Shown one piece after another: positions 16,472-26,628 of a DNA stretch of 43,254 nt (position 1 is its first letter; each line of letters starts with the position of its first letter). The notes under the pieces were generated by a model that had not been told where the DNA came from, searched no databases, and worked only from the letters and a program-made list of their open reading frames with translations. This DNA is from Candidatus Bathyarchaeota archaeon (lineage in GTDB: Archaea > Thermoproteota > Bathyarchaeia > 40CM-2-53-6 > RBG-13-38-9): NCBI GenBank assembly GCA_026394315.1, contig JAPKYM010000213.1:1-43254 (forward strand). Reading direction: 5' to 3'. A program made the translations under genes and the position numbers.

Positions 16472-18822
16472 CTTGATTTCCTCGTCCCGATCATCCTAGG
16501 GAGAAGGGTCGGATCGGGGATGGTGCTTTCTTTCCAGCCTTTATTCTCTAAGATCTTGACTATCTCTTCCTTCATTGTGATCGGGATATCGGTCTCTCTG
16601 CGTACGAGTTGGTGAAGATCATCAGGCATGACTCCGTAGAATTTCTTTTGCATGTCTATGTAATTGGTGAGCTTTATCATACGTCCTTTGCTCGTGTCAT
16701 TGGGTCTCAAACATAGCTTAGCCATCATGACCATTGCCTCTTGCTTTGTCTCTGCCACACAGAATAGATGTTCAGGTGTAGGTCCGACGTTAACTAGACC
16801 GCCGGTACGGGCATCGTAGACGTTCCAGTCATCCTTGATGTCGCTTCTTCCCAGAAGCATTCGCCGATACTTGGATCCATGTGGCCCTACAACAACTGGA
16901 ACCCCTAAACGCCAGAAACCGCTCGCTATGGCTGCTGCTTTTTGTGTTATGGCGCCCCAAGCTAAACCTACAGCACCTACACGGTTGTGAATGTAGTCTG
17001 CTATCTCTTCGTAGTTTGCTCTCAGGGGTCTCTTTGCAAAAATGTTAGCTATCTTAATGGCAGCTCCCGCAATGTGAGCGTTGGAAACGCATGAACCGAC
17101 ATTGACCAAACCTCCAGCTTCAAATGCACCTGGGTAGAGCTCGTATGGAGACTTACCTTCTTCATTCTTCGTCATGGCTATTGACATGGCAGAGCATCCG
17201 GAGGACACCACGATGTATCGGCGTCTTGTGAACTCAGCAGCCATCTCAGCAACTTCCGCTCCTCCATTGGGATAGTTTGCACATCCGACCAGCGCGATCA
17301 CTCCTGGGATTTCACCGAGCACTATGGGAGCGCCGACATTTCGTATTTCTATGTCCTGTATTGCACCTCTTCCAACTCTAATCTTGTATTTCTCTTCCTT
17401 AATCTTCTTCTCAGCTGCTCCTGTAATGAGACTGTGTACACGTATGTGATTCTTGCATGCGCTCTCGCACCGGTCGCAACCGATGCAGACCTCATACAGG
17501 TCTGCAAGTTTGTTTGTGTTGCCGGTGGCTGCCTTGCTAACCGCTTCAGGGATTTGGAGATCGTTGGGACAGGCGCGTCTGCAATCGCTACATTGAGTGC
17601 ATCTCTTTGCCTCTTTCACTATCTCAGCAATACTTGGAAGAACTTTGAATTTGGCTCTCTTTGGAGCTAATTCAACTGCAACTCTGGCGGCAACTTCTCC
17701 GACTTTCTCTGGGTCGAGTATAACTGCTCCCTTTGTACTGCCGCTGACTAGGTCGGCAACAATCTCAGTAGCTGGATCCAAGGTTCTGTTCTTAAGTCCG
17801 AGACAATTCTTTTCTGAGGAAGCGATAACTGGGGTTTTGACTTTCTGAGCTTCTGCCAGTACGTCAGCTCGAATGCATTGCTCGTCGACGACTATGACAT
17901 CTGGTACGCCGCTTCTTATGTATCTCAGTTGCCAAGATATTGGTCCTATGATCTTTGCCTTTGGATTGTACCTAATGAGGTCGTGGGCAGTGCAACAGAT
18001 ACCTGTTATCTCAACCTTGTCGTAGAGGCTTTTCTTGTCAAGGTAGTCCATAATTTCAGCTGCAGGTGGAACGTTATGCCCAATCACCAAGATGACTGGC
18101 TTTGATACGTCAACGGTTCCTAGACCTATTTCGGCCAATGGTGCCTCAGGATCGGCTTTAGGATAACCTAAAGCCGAGAGCTGTGCAATGTCAGCAACTT
18201 CCATACCAACTTGATCGATCATTCCTGCGTGAAATGCTTTGGATTCGAAGTCTAGCTCGTTACCCTCTTGCCCTGTGTGGGTCGCTGCCAAGAGTTGAGT
18301 GATCTGAGTTTCAAGATAGCACAGAACATCTTCCAAATCTCCCAGTGTCCTCGGCCTGATCCCACAGACTAACCTTGTGACTGGCGCCTCAACTTCTATG
18401 CCCACGGATTTCCCCACGTCTATCGGAAGAGTTGAACCGTACTTCTGTATCAGGTGTTCAATTAAGTGCCTGGCGTGGCCCGTGTGTGTCGCAGCACCTA
18501 TGCAGCAGGCCAGCAAGACTATTCTTGATTGCTGAGCAGCCATGTCCAGCCCGCATGCGCCTCTCTTTCCTTGGGTCAAGTCGCATTTGCCCATGGTGCA
18601 CAGGCAGCAAGAATCACAGTAGGGGAGATACATCGGCTTGTACTTGCTGAGGAGTTTCATATCCCATTCTCTGAGCGTCGTCACACTAGGATATGGAGTT
18701 GGGCCCATAGGTTCGGCCCACCCTTCCTCAATGATCTTGCCTATAGATAACTCCAAGCCTTTGACTTCAGTGAGCCCACTCTTGAGCTCTTCCAGTTTCA
18801 GATGAATATCCTTCTTAGGCAT
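16468..18822 (-). CDS. cdhA: CO dehydrogenase/acetyl-CoA synthase alpha subunit
   Basis: CCLCTMGKC...GACG; C-cluster ligand motifs GHN, GICCT, DEQC, VGC, SGC, GSC; two extra CxxCxxCxxxC motifs. Confidence 0.97.
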   Translation of the reverse strand: MPKKDIHLKLEELKSGLTEVKGLELSIGKIIEEGWAEPMGPTPYPSVTTLREWDMKLLSKYKPMYLPYCDSCCLCTMGKCDLTQGKRGACGLDMAAQQSRIVLLACCIGAATHTGHARHLIEHLIQKYGSTLPIDVGKSVGIEVEAPVTRLVCGIRPRTLGDLEDVLCYLETQITQLLAATHTGQEGNELDFESKAFHAGMIDQVGMEVADIAQLSALGYPKADPEAPLAEIGLGTVDVSKPVILVIGHNVPPAAEIMDYLDKKSLYDKVEITGICCTAHDLIRYNPKAKIIGPISWQLRYIRSGVPDVIVVDEQCIRADVLAEAQKVKTPVIASSEKNCLGLKNRTLDPATEIVADLVSGSTKGAVILDPEKVGEVAARVAVELAPKRAKFKVLPSIAEIVKEAKRCTQCSDCRRACPNDLQIPEAVSKAATGNTNKLADLYEVCIGCDRCESACKNHIRVHSLITGAAEKKIKEEKYKIRVGRGAIQDIEIRNVGAPIVLGEIPGVIALVGCANYPNGGAEVAEMAAEFTRRRYIVVSSGCSAMSIAMTKNEEGKSPYELYPGAFEAGGLVNVGSCVSNAHIAGAAIKIANIFAKRPLRANYEEIADYIHNRVGAVGLAWGAITQKAAAIASGFWRLGVPVVVGPHGSKYRRMLLGRSDIKDDWNVYDARTGGLVNVGPTPEHLFCVAETKQEAMVMMAKLCLRPNDTSKGRMIKLTNYIDMQKKFYGVMPDDLHQLVRRETDIPITMKEEIVKILENKGWKESTIPDPTLLPRMIGTRKSR

Positions 18823-19051
18823 AATATTGGCCCACTTTACATCTTTTCATTTCGGGAACGCAAGGTATATGCAGCCCAACAAATCATCAGTTCAGCCTTG
18901 AATTTTTGCTCAGATAAGTTGAGCTGACTAAGACTTAAACTGTTCTTAGCAGTCCAATAGTTGCAGACTATCACTCGAACATCTGCTTGTCCCTAAGCCT
19001 GAAAAGTACTCGAAGAAGGCTGCCTACAGGCAACCTGCTTCACAAGATTGA

Positions 19052-19074
19052 TAAGATATGGAACGCATATCTTA
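19052..19074. promoter_or_regulatory. Perfect palindrome, candidate operator
   Basis: TAAGATATG-gaacg-CATATCTTA in the intergenic region upstream of cdhA. Confidence 0.45.
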
Positions 19075-19301
19075 CTGTGACAGGATAAAGCTACACTGGG
19101 AGGAGAAGTAATGGGCAAACCAAAACAAGTGAAGAAACTCAAGAAGAAGAAGTAGCTTACATGATCCTGTCTGTAGGCCAATCAAAGCGGATGATTATCC
19201 TGAAGGCTCGAAAAGCTGTTTCTAGCTGCTCACATGCCTCTGGAGGCGCACGCTCCCAATTCACTTGCTAACGACTAAATGTCCTGTGTAGTGATTCTTG
19301 C

Positions 19302-19469
19302 CTAGCTCTTTGAGCGGGTAACTGTCTCTCGTTTCCTCTTTCCAAGCGTCCGTTCAAACTCCTGCATCAAATCCCAAGTTATCTGGTCAAATAGCTCCTT
19401 GCACAATGGGCACATGTCCTGGCTTCTATTGATTATGTTGGTCAATATATCCAACTGTTCCCGTCCCAT
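19302..19469 (-). CDS. Small hypothetical CxxC protein (55 aa)
   Basis: MGREQLDILTNIINRSQDMCPLCKELFDQITWDLMQEFERTLGKRKRETVTRSKS; purine-rich AGGAGAAGAGGG upstream; below the ORF-track cutoff. Confidence 0.45.
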   Translation of the reverse strand: MGREQLDILTNIINRSQDMCPLCKELFDQITWDLMQEFERTLGKRKRETVTRSKS

Positions 19470-19632
19470 AGTATTGATCCCTCTTCTCCTAGTCAGATGT
19501 CTGATCTAGCCATATCATCTCAACTATTTAATGGAATTGTCTGCTCAAGCGCGAGTATTGGCATCTCGTTGCATAGTTTATCATGAGGAATAGCTGAGGG
19601 AAAGATTCAAAATATTATTCGAGATCATAATA

Positions 19633-20046
19633 TTGATGAAACGTAGATTTCTGACAGTTATTTGTATCATAACTTGGAATGATCTTATACTTCTTCTGAA
19701 ACGCAGTAGTAAAGTCAACGTTAACCGTGGACTCTGGTGTGGAGTAGCTGGTAGAATAGAAGAGGGCATGAGTCCTCAAGACACCGCTTATAGAGAGATC
19801 TTGGAGGAAACTAGACTTCGAAGAACGGAGATAGAGCTTCTGGGGTCGGCGTCACCTATACTACTTCAAATTGACATACAAAATCAGGAGTTAGTATATC
19901 CGTTCCTTTTCAAGACATACAATCCTGACATAAAGCTTGACTGGGAACATACCGAATACAAGTGGATAAAACCAGAAATGCTATATGAGTTCGAAACAGT
20001 TCCGCAGTTAGGAGATATCATAAGGGCTTTGTCACGGTTCATGTAG
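19633..20046 (+). CDS. NUDIX hydrolase
   Basis: Nudix box GRIEEGMSPQDTAYREILEETRL; LDWEHTEYKW. Confidence 0.9.
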   Translation: MMKRRFLTVICIITWNDLILLLKRSSKVNVNRGLWCGVAGRIEEGMSPQDTAYREILEETRLRRTEIELLGSASPILLQIDIQNQELVYPFLFKTYNPDIKLDWEHTEYKWIKPEMLYEFETVPQLGDIIRALSRFM

Positions 20047-20182
20047 AGAGTTGATATTGCTATTGTTCTGCATTCACAATTACCCCTCACGAACGTAACG
20101 GAGGGAACAATTCTAGAACTGATAATATATACCTAGCATGTCAAATAGAAGTGAATAGTCTTTTCGCTCTTTCTAATAGCCC

Positions 20183-21103
20183 ATGGTTGTGATCAAAGTG
20201 GCACGTATTCACATCAGGAACGTCAAGTTGAGACATCCATCAAAGACGGGACGAAAACGGAGAACTCTAAGAAAGAAATATAAGAGTCAAACCGAGAACG
20301 CGAAGATTCTTTCCAGACTCGAGACTTTGGCCTTGGAAGTGCAGAGTCTCAAAAGTGAGATCGCTGTTTTGCAATCTAGTTCGAAAGAACTGTTCGATAT
20401 TGATCAGTCCTTTGGAGCACATCTCGCTGACGTTAGAGACTACTTTGAGAGGAAGATCCGAGACGTTACGGACAATGCTGAAGACCTTTGCTCAAAAATC
20501 GAAGAAATGCAAACGACTCTTGACAGACTGGCAAGAGACCTTGACAAGTTGTTTGAAAGCCCTATTCCAGTAAGAAAGATCGCAATGCTTCCACCAATCA
20601 CTTCTCAATTGACTATCTACAGAGGTGAAGAAAACCTATCATTTCAGGTGGGAGTAATCCCTGGAATCATTGAGACGGTTATGGAACGTGCAAGAGCGTG
20701 TGTAGGCCAGAAGGATAAGCATGATGAAGAGATTGTTGGGGTATTGACTGGTCGAGTCACAGGTAACACAGTGATCATTGAAGAAGCTGTTCCAGGAAGA
20801 GCATCATATTCAGGAATGACCGAGGTAGCCCTAGACCCCAACAATCTAGCAGAAATAGTCGATAATATTATCAGGAACGACAAGAATCAGCGGATCGTTG
20901 GATGGTACCACTCACATCTAGGTTTGGGCGTCTTTCTCTCAGATATTGACGTCAAGACACAGTTGACTTTGCAGCAATTCTCATATGTTATCGCACTAGT
21001 TGTAGATCCGATAAAAAATGAGCATTCCTTCTTCTATGTCGATAAGGAAGTGAAGGAGCCTGATGGAAGACCGAAGACTATCAAATTTGTCAAATCAGAA
21101 TAA
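20183..21103 (+). CDS. Coiled-coil plus MPN+/JAMM metalloprotease
   Basis: EIVGVL...GWYHSHLGLGVFLSDID (E-HxH-x7-S-x2-D intact); N-terminal basic stretch and coiled coil. Confidence 0.88.
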   Translation: MVVIKVARIHIRNVKLRHPSKTGRKRRTLRKKYKSQTENAKILSRLETLALEVQSLKSEIAVLQSSSKELFDIDQSFGAHLADVRDYFERKIRDVTDNAEDLCSKIEEMQTTLDRLARDLDKLFESPIPVRKIAMLPPITSQLTIYRGEENLSFQVGVIPGIIETVMERARACVGQKDKHDEEIVGVLTGRVTGNTVIIEEAVPGRASYSGMTEVALDPNNLAEIVDNIIRNDKNQRIVGWYHSHLGLGVFLSDIDVKTQLTLQQFSYVIALVVDPIKNEHSFFYVDKEVKEPDGRPKTIKFVKSE

Positions 21104-21178
21104 ATTAGGCTAGAGCTTGACAAATGGTCTCAATAACTAGGAATATTCCGGGCGTTTACACATATAGTTGAGCCTTAG

Positions 21179-21619
21179 TTGTCAGAGATGTTTCATACAA
21201 ACCGTCAGTCTTTTGCAAGGGCTGCTGTAGCGATCGTATATTTATCATGCCTGGTCTTGTTCGCGATCTACACCGCAATACCATGGCTGCTCCCTTTTGG
21301 ATCTGGAGCCAAAGCCACAAGTCTGCGATTAGTTGCGGCCAAGTCGCATGCAACCTTAGGCGAGAACATACAGATAACCATAGTATCAGTCAGTGATGAT
21401 GGTAAACTGGATACAGAAAGAGATGATCTCGTTGAGCTATCCACTAACTCCGATAGCAGAGCACGATTAAGCCATAGCAGAATAACTCTTGCAAGAGGGA
21501 AGGCGGAGATAACGCTAGTAGATAATTTTGAGGAACCTGTTGTAGTGACTGTAAGGTGGGTAAGTGGGAAAACGATCTTGCGCGGTGACTCGGTTCTTAT
21601 AAGGATCTCAGGAAGGTAA
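21179..21619 (+). CDS. Membrane-anchored Ig-like domain protein
   Basis: One TM helix then alternating beta-strand pattern; start uncertain. Confidence 0.55.
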   Translation: MSEMFHTNRQSFARAAVAIVYLSCLVLFAIYTAIPWLLPFGSGAKATSLRLVAAKSHATLGENIQITIVSVSDDGKLDTERDDLVELSTNSDSRARLSHSRITLARGKAEITLVDNFEEPVVVTVRWVSGKTILRGDSVLIRISGR

Positions 21620-21628
21620 AACTAGCCG

Positions 21629-22827
21629 TTGGTCCAGAGAAGATTCACTTCCTTTCACTTGGCCATAGGCGTGGCAATTGGTATTTTTGTATTCTGCATT
21701 TACTCTCGTCCCTACTTGATGTTAGGGTTGATCTTCGGAGCGGGACTAGGGATCTCAAGTTATACGTTGTTGGGGACTTGGAAGATCCATAAGTTCAGGA
21801 CGCGACTAATTACAGCTCTAACGTTTGTCACTTGGATTGGAGCCTTCAGTCTGCTTATTCAGATGAATCCAGACTCATTCATGAGGTATTTGACAAGTCA
21901 TTTGAACGCTTACGAGTTGAGGATGTTCTCTTCTGAGTTTGTGCATGTCCCCTTCGTCAGACAGCTTCCCAATACCCTAGGTTCAACTATTCTGATGCAG
22001 CTATCTCTTCCATGGGCTGAAATCACAGTTCCGCACCCAGTTGAGCGACTTCTCTTTCTGATGGTACCTTTCCATTATCCTCCTATAACCCTAGGGATGT
22101 TCATCTTTGTCCTTCTTCCCCACTTGGTTTTGGTTCTTTTGTTTGGCAGAGATGGTGTGGCTGGGTTTGTTACTTCGGCAACCAGACTGAAGCTATTGCC
22201 ACAAGGGGAAAAGATCGGTGGAGGCTTCAGAGATTCAGAGACAAGTTTAGAACAAATGATGGAAGAATTCTCATTGATGGTGTTAAGAAAGAAGTCAGGT
22301 ACATCAAATATCTATTCATGGTGTTGCTTCTTCTTCCAAGTTTTCTTCTTGGGATAAACACAATCTGCACATTAGGCTTCATTTTTAGATTTCAATACCC
22401 CTTTAGTGCGCTACTCATATTCCTGATGTTGTTTTTCACAGGCATAGTCCTGCCGCTGAAAACTCGTAAGAGGTGGTGGTGTCTTCTCTGTCCAGCTGGT
22501 GCAGGAATTGCTCTTGTGGAATCAATAACACCTTTCAAGATCAGTGTAGACGCATCCAACTGCGACAGATGTTATTCCTGTTCTAACGTATGTCCAATGC
22601 ATGCAATCTCGCCCCAGACGTTCAGCATGAAAAGGGAACCTAACCTAGATTGTGTCAAGTGTTTCCGATGTATAGAGGCTTGTCCACAGGGCGCTGTTGA
22701 TGTGTATATAAGAGGAACAAGAAGACGCGTCCGCGGACTATTCACATCACTCATGGTGGCAGCTACAGCGTCATGGTATGTCTGGTTTGCAGTCTCTTCT
22801 ATTGAGTTGTTCAAGATTGTCTTCTGA
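21629..22827 (+). pseudogene. NapH/MauN-like membrane 4Fe-4S protein split by a 1-nt frameshift at ~22151 (pseudogene or sequencing error)
   Basis: FGR|(G)WCGWVCYFG continues open into ORF 22318, which has WCLLCPAG and two CxxCxxCxxxCP motifs. Confidence 0.8.
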
Positions 22828-22924
22828 TATTTTACTGATTGACTTGGGAGTACTCACGAGCTACTCATTACCGAGTATGGACTTTTATGTTGCGAAATAG
22901 GCTAGTCATTAGCGGTGATTTCCA

Positions 22925-23410
22925 TTGATAGACTGGATTAGGAACCCGATGATTGCCGCCATCCTAATAGCAGCAGTAAATTCGATCAGTTTCATCCTTA
23001 TCGCACCCTATGCACCTTCTGCTACAGCTGGGGTTGCGCTATTACTTCCCGTATTCATTTTTTCGGACATCTCAAGGCTAAGTCCAATTCTCTATGGTTA
23101 TCTCACAGGATCCGCTTGGAAGGTGTTCCTGATCTCAGGGATGTGGGGCCTTGGGACAGTAGTTGGGTCTTTAGTATCTTCCCTAGCAAGTGGAAGTTTC
23201 AGGATAAGGAAACCCCGCCGGATTGATGTCGCTAGATCTTTCTTTGGTGGACTCCTCATGGGTGTAGGTGTCTCATTAGCTCATGGCTGCAACTTACTTC
23301 ATTCACTCGGCGGTACTCCCTTGTTGGTACCTGCAAGTATTCTAGTGACAATCTCCATTCTGATAGGCGCCTACGTTTGTTTGAAGCTGATACTGAAGTT
23401 TGGAGTTTAA
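22925..23410 (+). CDS. YeeE/YedE sulfur-compound transporter, C-terminal-half type
   Basis: G..VGS..SSLASGSFR and GGLLMGVG..LAHGCN motifs. Confidence 0.75.
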   Translation: MIDWIRNPMIAAILIAAVNSISFILIAPYAPSATAGVALLLPVFIFSDISRLSPILYGYLTGSAWKVFLISGMWGLGTVVGSLVSSLASGSFRIRKPRRIDVARSFFGGLLMGVGVSLAHGCNLLHSLGGTPLLVPASILVTISILIGAYVCLKLILKFGV

Positions 23411-23428
23411 GCTTAGAGTTGGTGTCTG

Positions 23429-24496
23429 ATGGACTTCACGATTGTGCTTCTGATCGCTTTTGTTACAGGGGTGATTCTTGGTTTCCTCTTTCAAAAGGGC
23501 CAGTTCTGCATGACTTTGATGCTCACTGAGTCTGTAATCTTCAAGAACCATAAGAGAATAGCCGGGTTTGTAGGCGCAATCTTGGTCTCTGTGGTCCTTT
23601 TCAATGTTGCAGCCTTTCTTGGAGTCACTGACAACTTCAATCTACTAAGACAAGTTGGAGTCAATCCGAAGTTCTTTCAGGCACCTCTAGCCATTGATAG
23701 AAGCTTGATTGGAGGCCTAATCTTCGGTTTTGGAATGATTCTTGCAGGTGGTTGTGTTGCCGGAGTACTGTTCAGAATAGGTGAGGGACAGTTAAGTTCC
23801 GTGATCGCTTTCTTCGGCATCATGGCTGGCTTTGCTACTGCAATCGCCCTCGAGATTGTAGGTGTTATCGGCCTCGAAGCAAGCCTGTATCCGCCAGGAG
23901 TTCTGCTCTCACAGATACTACAGGTTCCAGTCATTCCTCTGGTGACTTTGACTGCAGTATTTCTCCTGGCTCTGTTGCTGGCTCTACTTAGGAATGCGCG
24001 TTCAAGAGTCTTCCTTGCTATTCTATTGATTTTCTTCCTCGCAATAGTACTCTTGTACCACTCTGAACGACAGTCAATACAATCAATAGCTCCGCCAGTT
24101 GAACTAAACGAAAAGCAAGTCGAAATAAATCGATTCATAAGCTCGTTCCATGTTGCCGTCAGCAATCGCTCGACCGCGAAAATTGTCCCATTCTTTACCG
24201 ACGACGCTTTAATGGTTCTTCCAGACGGCAGGCTAATCAGGAATGTCACCATGATCAAGAGCTATTATGAGAAAGAAATTGTGCTATACCACCAGTATAT
24301 CATCTACGGTAAGGTTTCTAGCATAGAGGTAGCGGATAACAAAGCCACAGCGGTTTACAATTCAGGTCTAAGGTCATGGTCGCTTGGTGCTACCCAACCT
24401 CCTTACATTCCTTACCGCGAGACTTTTACTTTGATTCGTATTGCTGATGCGTGGAAAATAGAAAGCCTAGTGTTAAATGCCAGAAGGTCAGAATAG
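23429..24496 (+). CDS. YeeE/YedE transporter N-terminal-half type fused to an NTF2/SnoaL-like domain
   Basis: GFLFQKGQFCM and GGLIFGFGMILAGGC; C-terminal FTDDALMVLPDG...I..YY...TFTL.R....WKI. Confidence 0.78.
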   Translation: MDFTIVLLIAFVTGVILGFLFQKGQFCMTLMLTESVIFKNHKRIAGFVGAILVSVVLFNVAAFLGVTDNFNLLRQVGVNPKFFQAPLAIDRSLIGGLIFGFGMILAGGCVAGVLFRIGEGQLSSVIAFFGIMAGFATAIALEIVGVIGLEASLYPPGVLLSQILQVPVIPLVTLTAVFLLALLLALLRNARSRVFLAILLIFFLAIVLLYHSERQSIQSIAPPVELNEKQVEINRFISSFHVAVSNRSTAKIVPFFTDDALMVLPDGRLIRNVTMIKSYYEKEIVLYHQYIIYGKVSSIEVADNKATAVYNSGLRSWSLGATQPPYIPYRETFTLIRIADAWKIESLVLNARRSE

Positions 24497-24509
24497 AGAG
24501 GGTCAATCG

Positions 24510-24908
24510 ATGCCCAGGAGAATGCTAGTTTGGGGACTGCTTGCTGCACTTCTTGTTACAGTGGGCGTCTCCTTGGCAGTACTTGCTCCACCTAAGATTG
24601 AGCCGCGACGGACTGAGCAAGCTGAGGTGAAGTTCCTCTTCTCTGGTGACTCTGGAAAAATTACACAACCATTTCACATACCAACAAACAAATGGCGAAT
24701 CTCTTACGCCGTCCAAGCCTCAGACAACTCTTTCTTCAAATTCGTTGTCTACCACAATGGATCTGGTCTTCCACTGACTGAGATTCCAGATCTATATACT
24801 ACTGAGAGCAGTTATGTCGATGTTAACAGCGGACCTGGAGATTACTATCTCGTCATAACATCCTCACTAGCGCGATGGGAAATCACGGTAACTTCGATAT
24901 CTGATTAA
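24510..24908 (+). CDS. Membrane-anchored beta-sandwich hypothetical protein
   Basis: Signal/TM segment; T.PF....KWRISY...GPGDYYL.I.....WEITV pattern. Confidence 0.6.
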   Translation: MPRRMLVWGLLAALLVTVGVSLAVLAPPKIEPRRTEQAEVKFLFSGDSGKITQPFHIPTNKWRISYAVQASDNSFFKFVVYHNGSGLPLTEIPDLYTTESSYVDVNSGPGDYYLVITSSLARWEITVTSISD

Positions 24909-24923
24909 AGGAGTAAGACAATC

Positions 24924-25205
24924 TTGAAAGAGCCCGCCACCAGAGGACACTCGTTGGACGTCAAAGGTACATGCTGCCCCTATCCACAACTCAAAACGAA
25001 AGTTACTCTTGACAAGATGAATCCTGGTGAGATATTAGAAGTACTAACTGACGATCGAACAACTGCAGACAACATCTGTCTGGCTGTGAAGCAACTCGGA
25101 GACATCGTTCTAGATGTTAAGGAGAGAGAAAGAGAATTTGTTGTTTCCATTGAGAGATCGGTACGTGGCCATATATCCGCCTTGAAAATGGACCTTGCCA
25201 AATAA
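24924..25205 (+). CDS. tusA: TusA/YeeD-family sulfur carrier
   Basis: LDVKGTCCPYP...L..M.PGEILEVLTDD. Confidence 0.88.
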   Translation: MKEPATRGHSLDVKGTCCPYPQLKTKVTLDKMNPGEILEVLTDDRTTADNICLAVKQLGDIVLDVKEREREFVVSIERSVRGHISALKMDLAK

Positions 25206-25454
25206 GCCCCAAATGACAAGCCATCTCGAATTTCCTAAGGCGCGCCCTGAAGTAGTATAACTAAACATATCGTATTAGACGAGCTCCTTTACCAAACCAC
25301 TGTGGGAAGTCTTTGGGATGATTGAGAGAAAACACAAATTCGAGACTTTGAGCGCGCGCTACCTTGGCCTCATGTTCCTCTCACTCATTTTTGGTATCCG
25401 AGGAGTCTTCTGAATCACGTTATATATACTACATAACAAAGTAGTACTATTATT

Positions 25455-26510
25455 GTGGTGAACACCGTGACAAGGCCAGGACCAATAGCAAACATTGAGG
25501 ATCAAGATCTGCAGGTGCTTTCACATCTAGGGAAAGAGAAAGGTATTGGCTTCAACGAACTCTGGCGAAGACTCAAGTCTGACGGTCACGGGGTAAGCTA
25601 CTCAACCCTCTCAAATACTCTCAAGAGACTTCGATCCAGAGCTTTCGTAGACATTACTGTTGAACAAGCTAATAGAAAGATCCCGCAGCACACCTACTCA
25701 ATAACTGACCAAGGACAAGAGTATGAACTGCATCTAAGTGACAAATTCAAACTCTCACTGGTGGAAACCAAGAAGATTGTGAAAGCCAGAAAGGGAGAAA
25801 TTAGATACAATCAAGTTATTTTAGGTGAGATGCCTTACACTTGCGAGATCGAGCTGTCCTCGCCCAGTCTAACAAAGGAAAAAGAAGAGGAAATAACTCA
25901 ATTCGCAGGTACCGTCGGAGACACAGTAACATCAAATATCGCAGAAAGCTTGAACCAAGCCTACTCAGGATTTATTGCTCTCTTGGGTGGTGGCAAGAAA
26001 AAAGAGGCTTTCGATTATCTGAAAAAGGCGCTCGCGTTCAAACTCAAACTCACAATAGCATTCGATGGGAGCAGAGCAAACGTAGACGAGGCTTGGCAAC
26101 AGACACTCAAAGACGACGAAGAGATATCAACGGCCATTCAGGCAATCAATACCCCATCACATGCAGAGCTGCTCAGCTGCTGGATATTCAGCCTCCTCAA
26201 CATAGTATTTCCACATGAGAGACTGAAATATGATCTTTCGAAGATCGATGGTTGGGCACAACTTGTAACAGACCGATCTAATAAGATTCGGGCTGAGAAG
26301 AAGCTCCCCTTGCTCGATGAGAAACAGGTACAACTTTACCTAAGGGAACAAATTGGAAAAGGTGCGATTTCCTTGACACCAGTGCACGTGGACACAGGAA
26401 TAATGCAGTTTCACGACAAGGTACCGGAAACTGAACCTGACGACTCTTACTCATTTCTGCTTGGTCTCACATCAACCCTTAAGACGATGTTTGAAAGCAG
26501 AAGCCAGTAG
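25455..26510 (+). CDS. Winged-helix DNA-binding protein with unknown C-terminal domain
   Basis: GFNEL...VSYSTLSNTLKRL....FV.........YSITDQG wHTH pattern; TTATATA upstream. Confidence 0.7.
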   Translation: MVNTVTRPGPIANIEDQDLQVLSHLGKEKGIGFNELWRRLKSDGHGVSYSTLSNTLKRLRSRAFVDITVEQANRKIPQHTYSITDQGQEYELHLSDKFKLSLVETKKIVKARKGEIRYNQVILGEMPYTCEIELSSPSLTKEKEEEITQFAGTVGDTVTSNIAESLNQAYSGFIALLGGGKKKEAFDYLKKALAFKLKLTIAFDGSRANVDEAWQQTLKDDEEISTAIQAINTPSHAELLSCWIFSLLNIVFPHERLKYDLSKIDGWAQLVTDRSNKIRAEKKLPLLDEKQVQLYLREQIGKGAISLTPVHVDTGIMQFHDKVPETEPDDSYSFLLGLTSTLKTMFESRSQ

Positions 26511-26628
26511 TTCACACATTAGTTCAAAGAGCCCGCGTTAATAGCCCTAAGACTGTTCATACAACAGCGAAACAATTACTAAATGGTAGCACGTTCAGAA
26601 TTCTCAGTAGCTTGACTTCAGTTCATTA

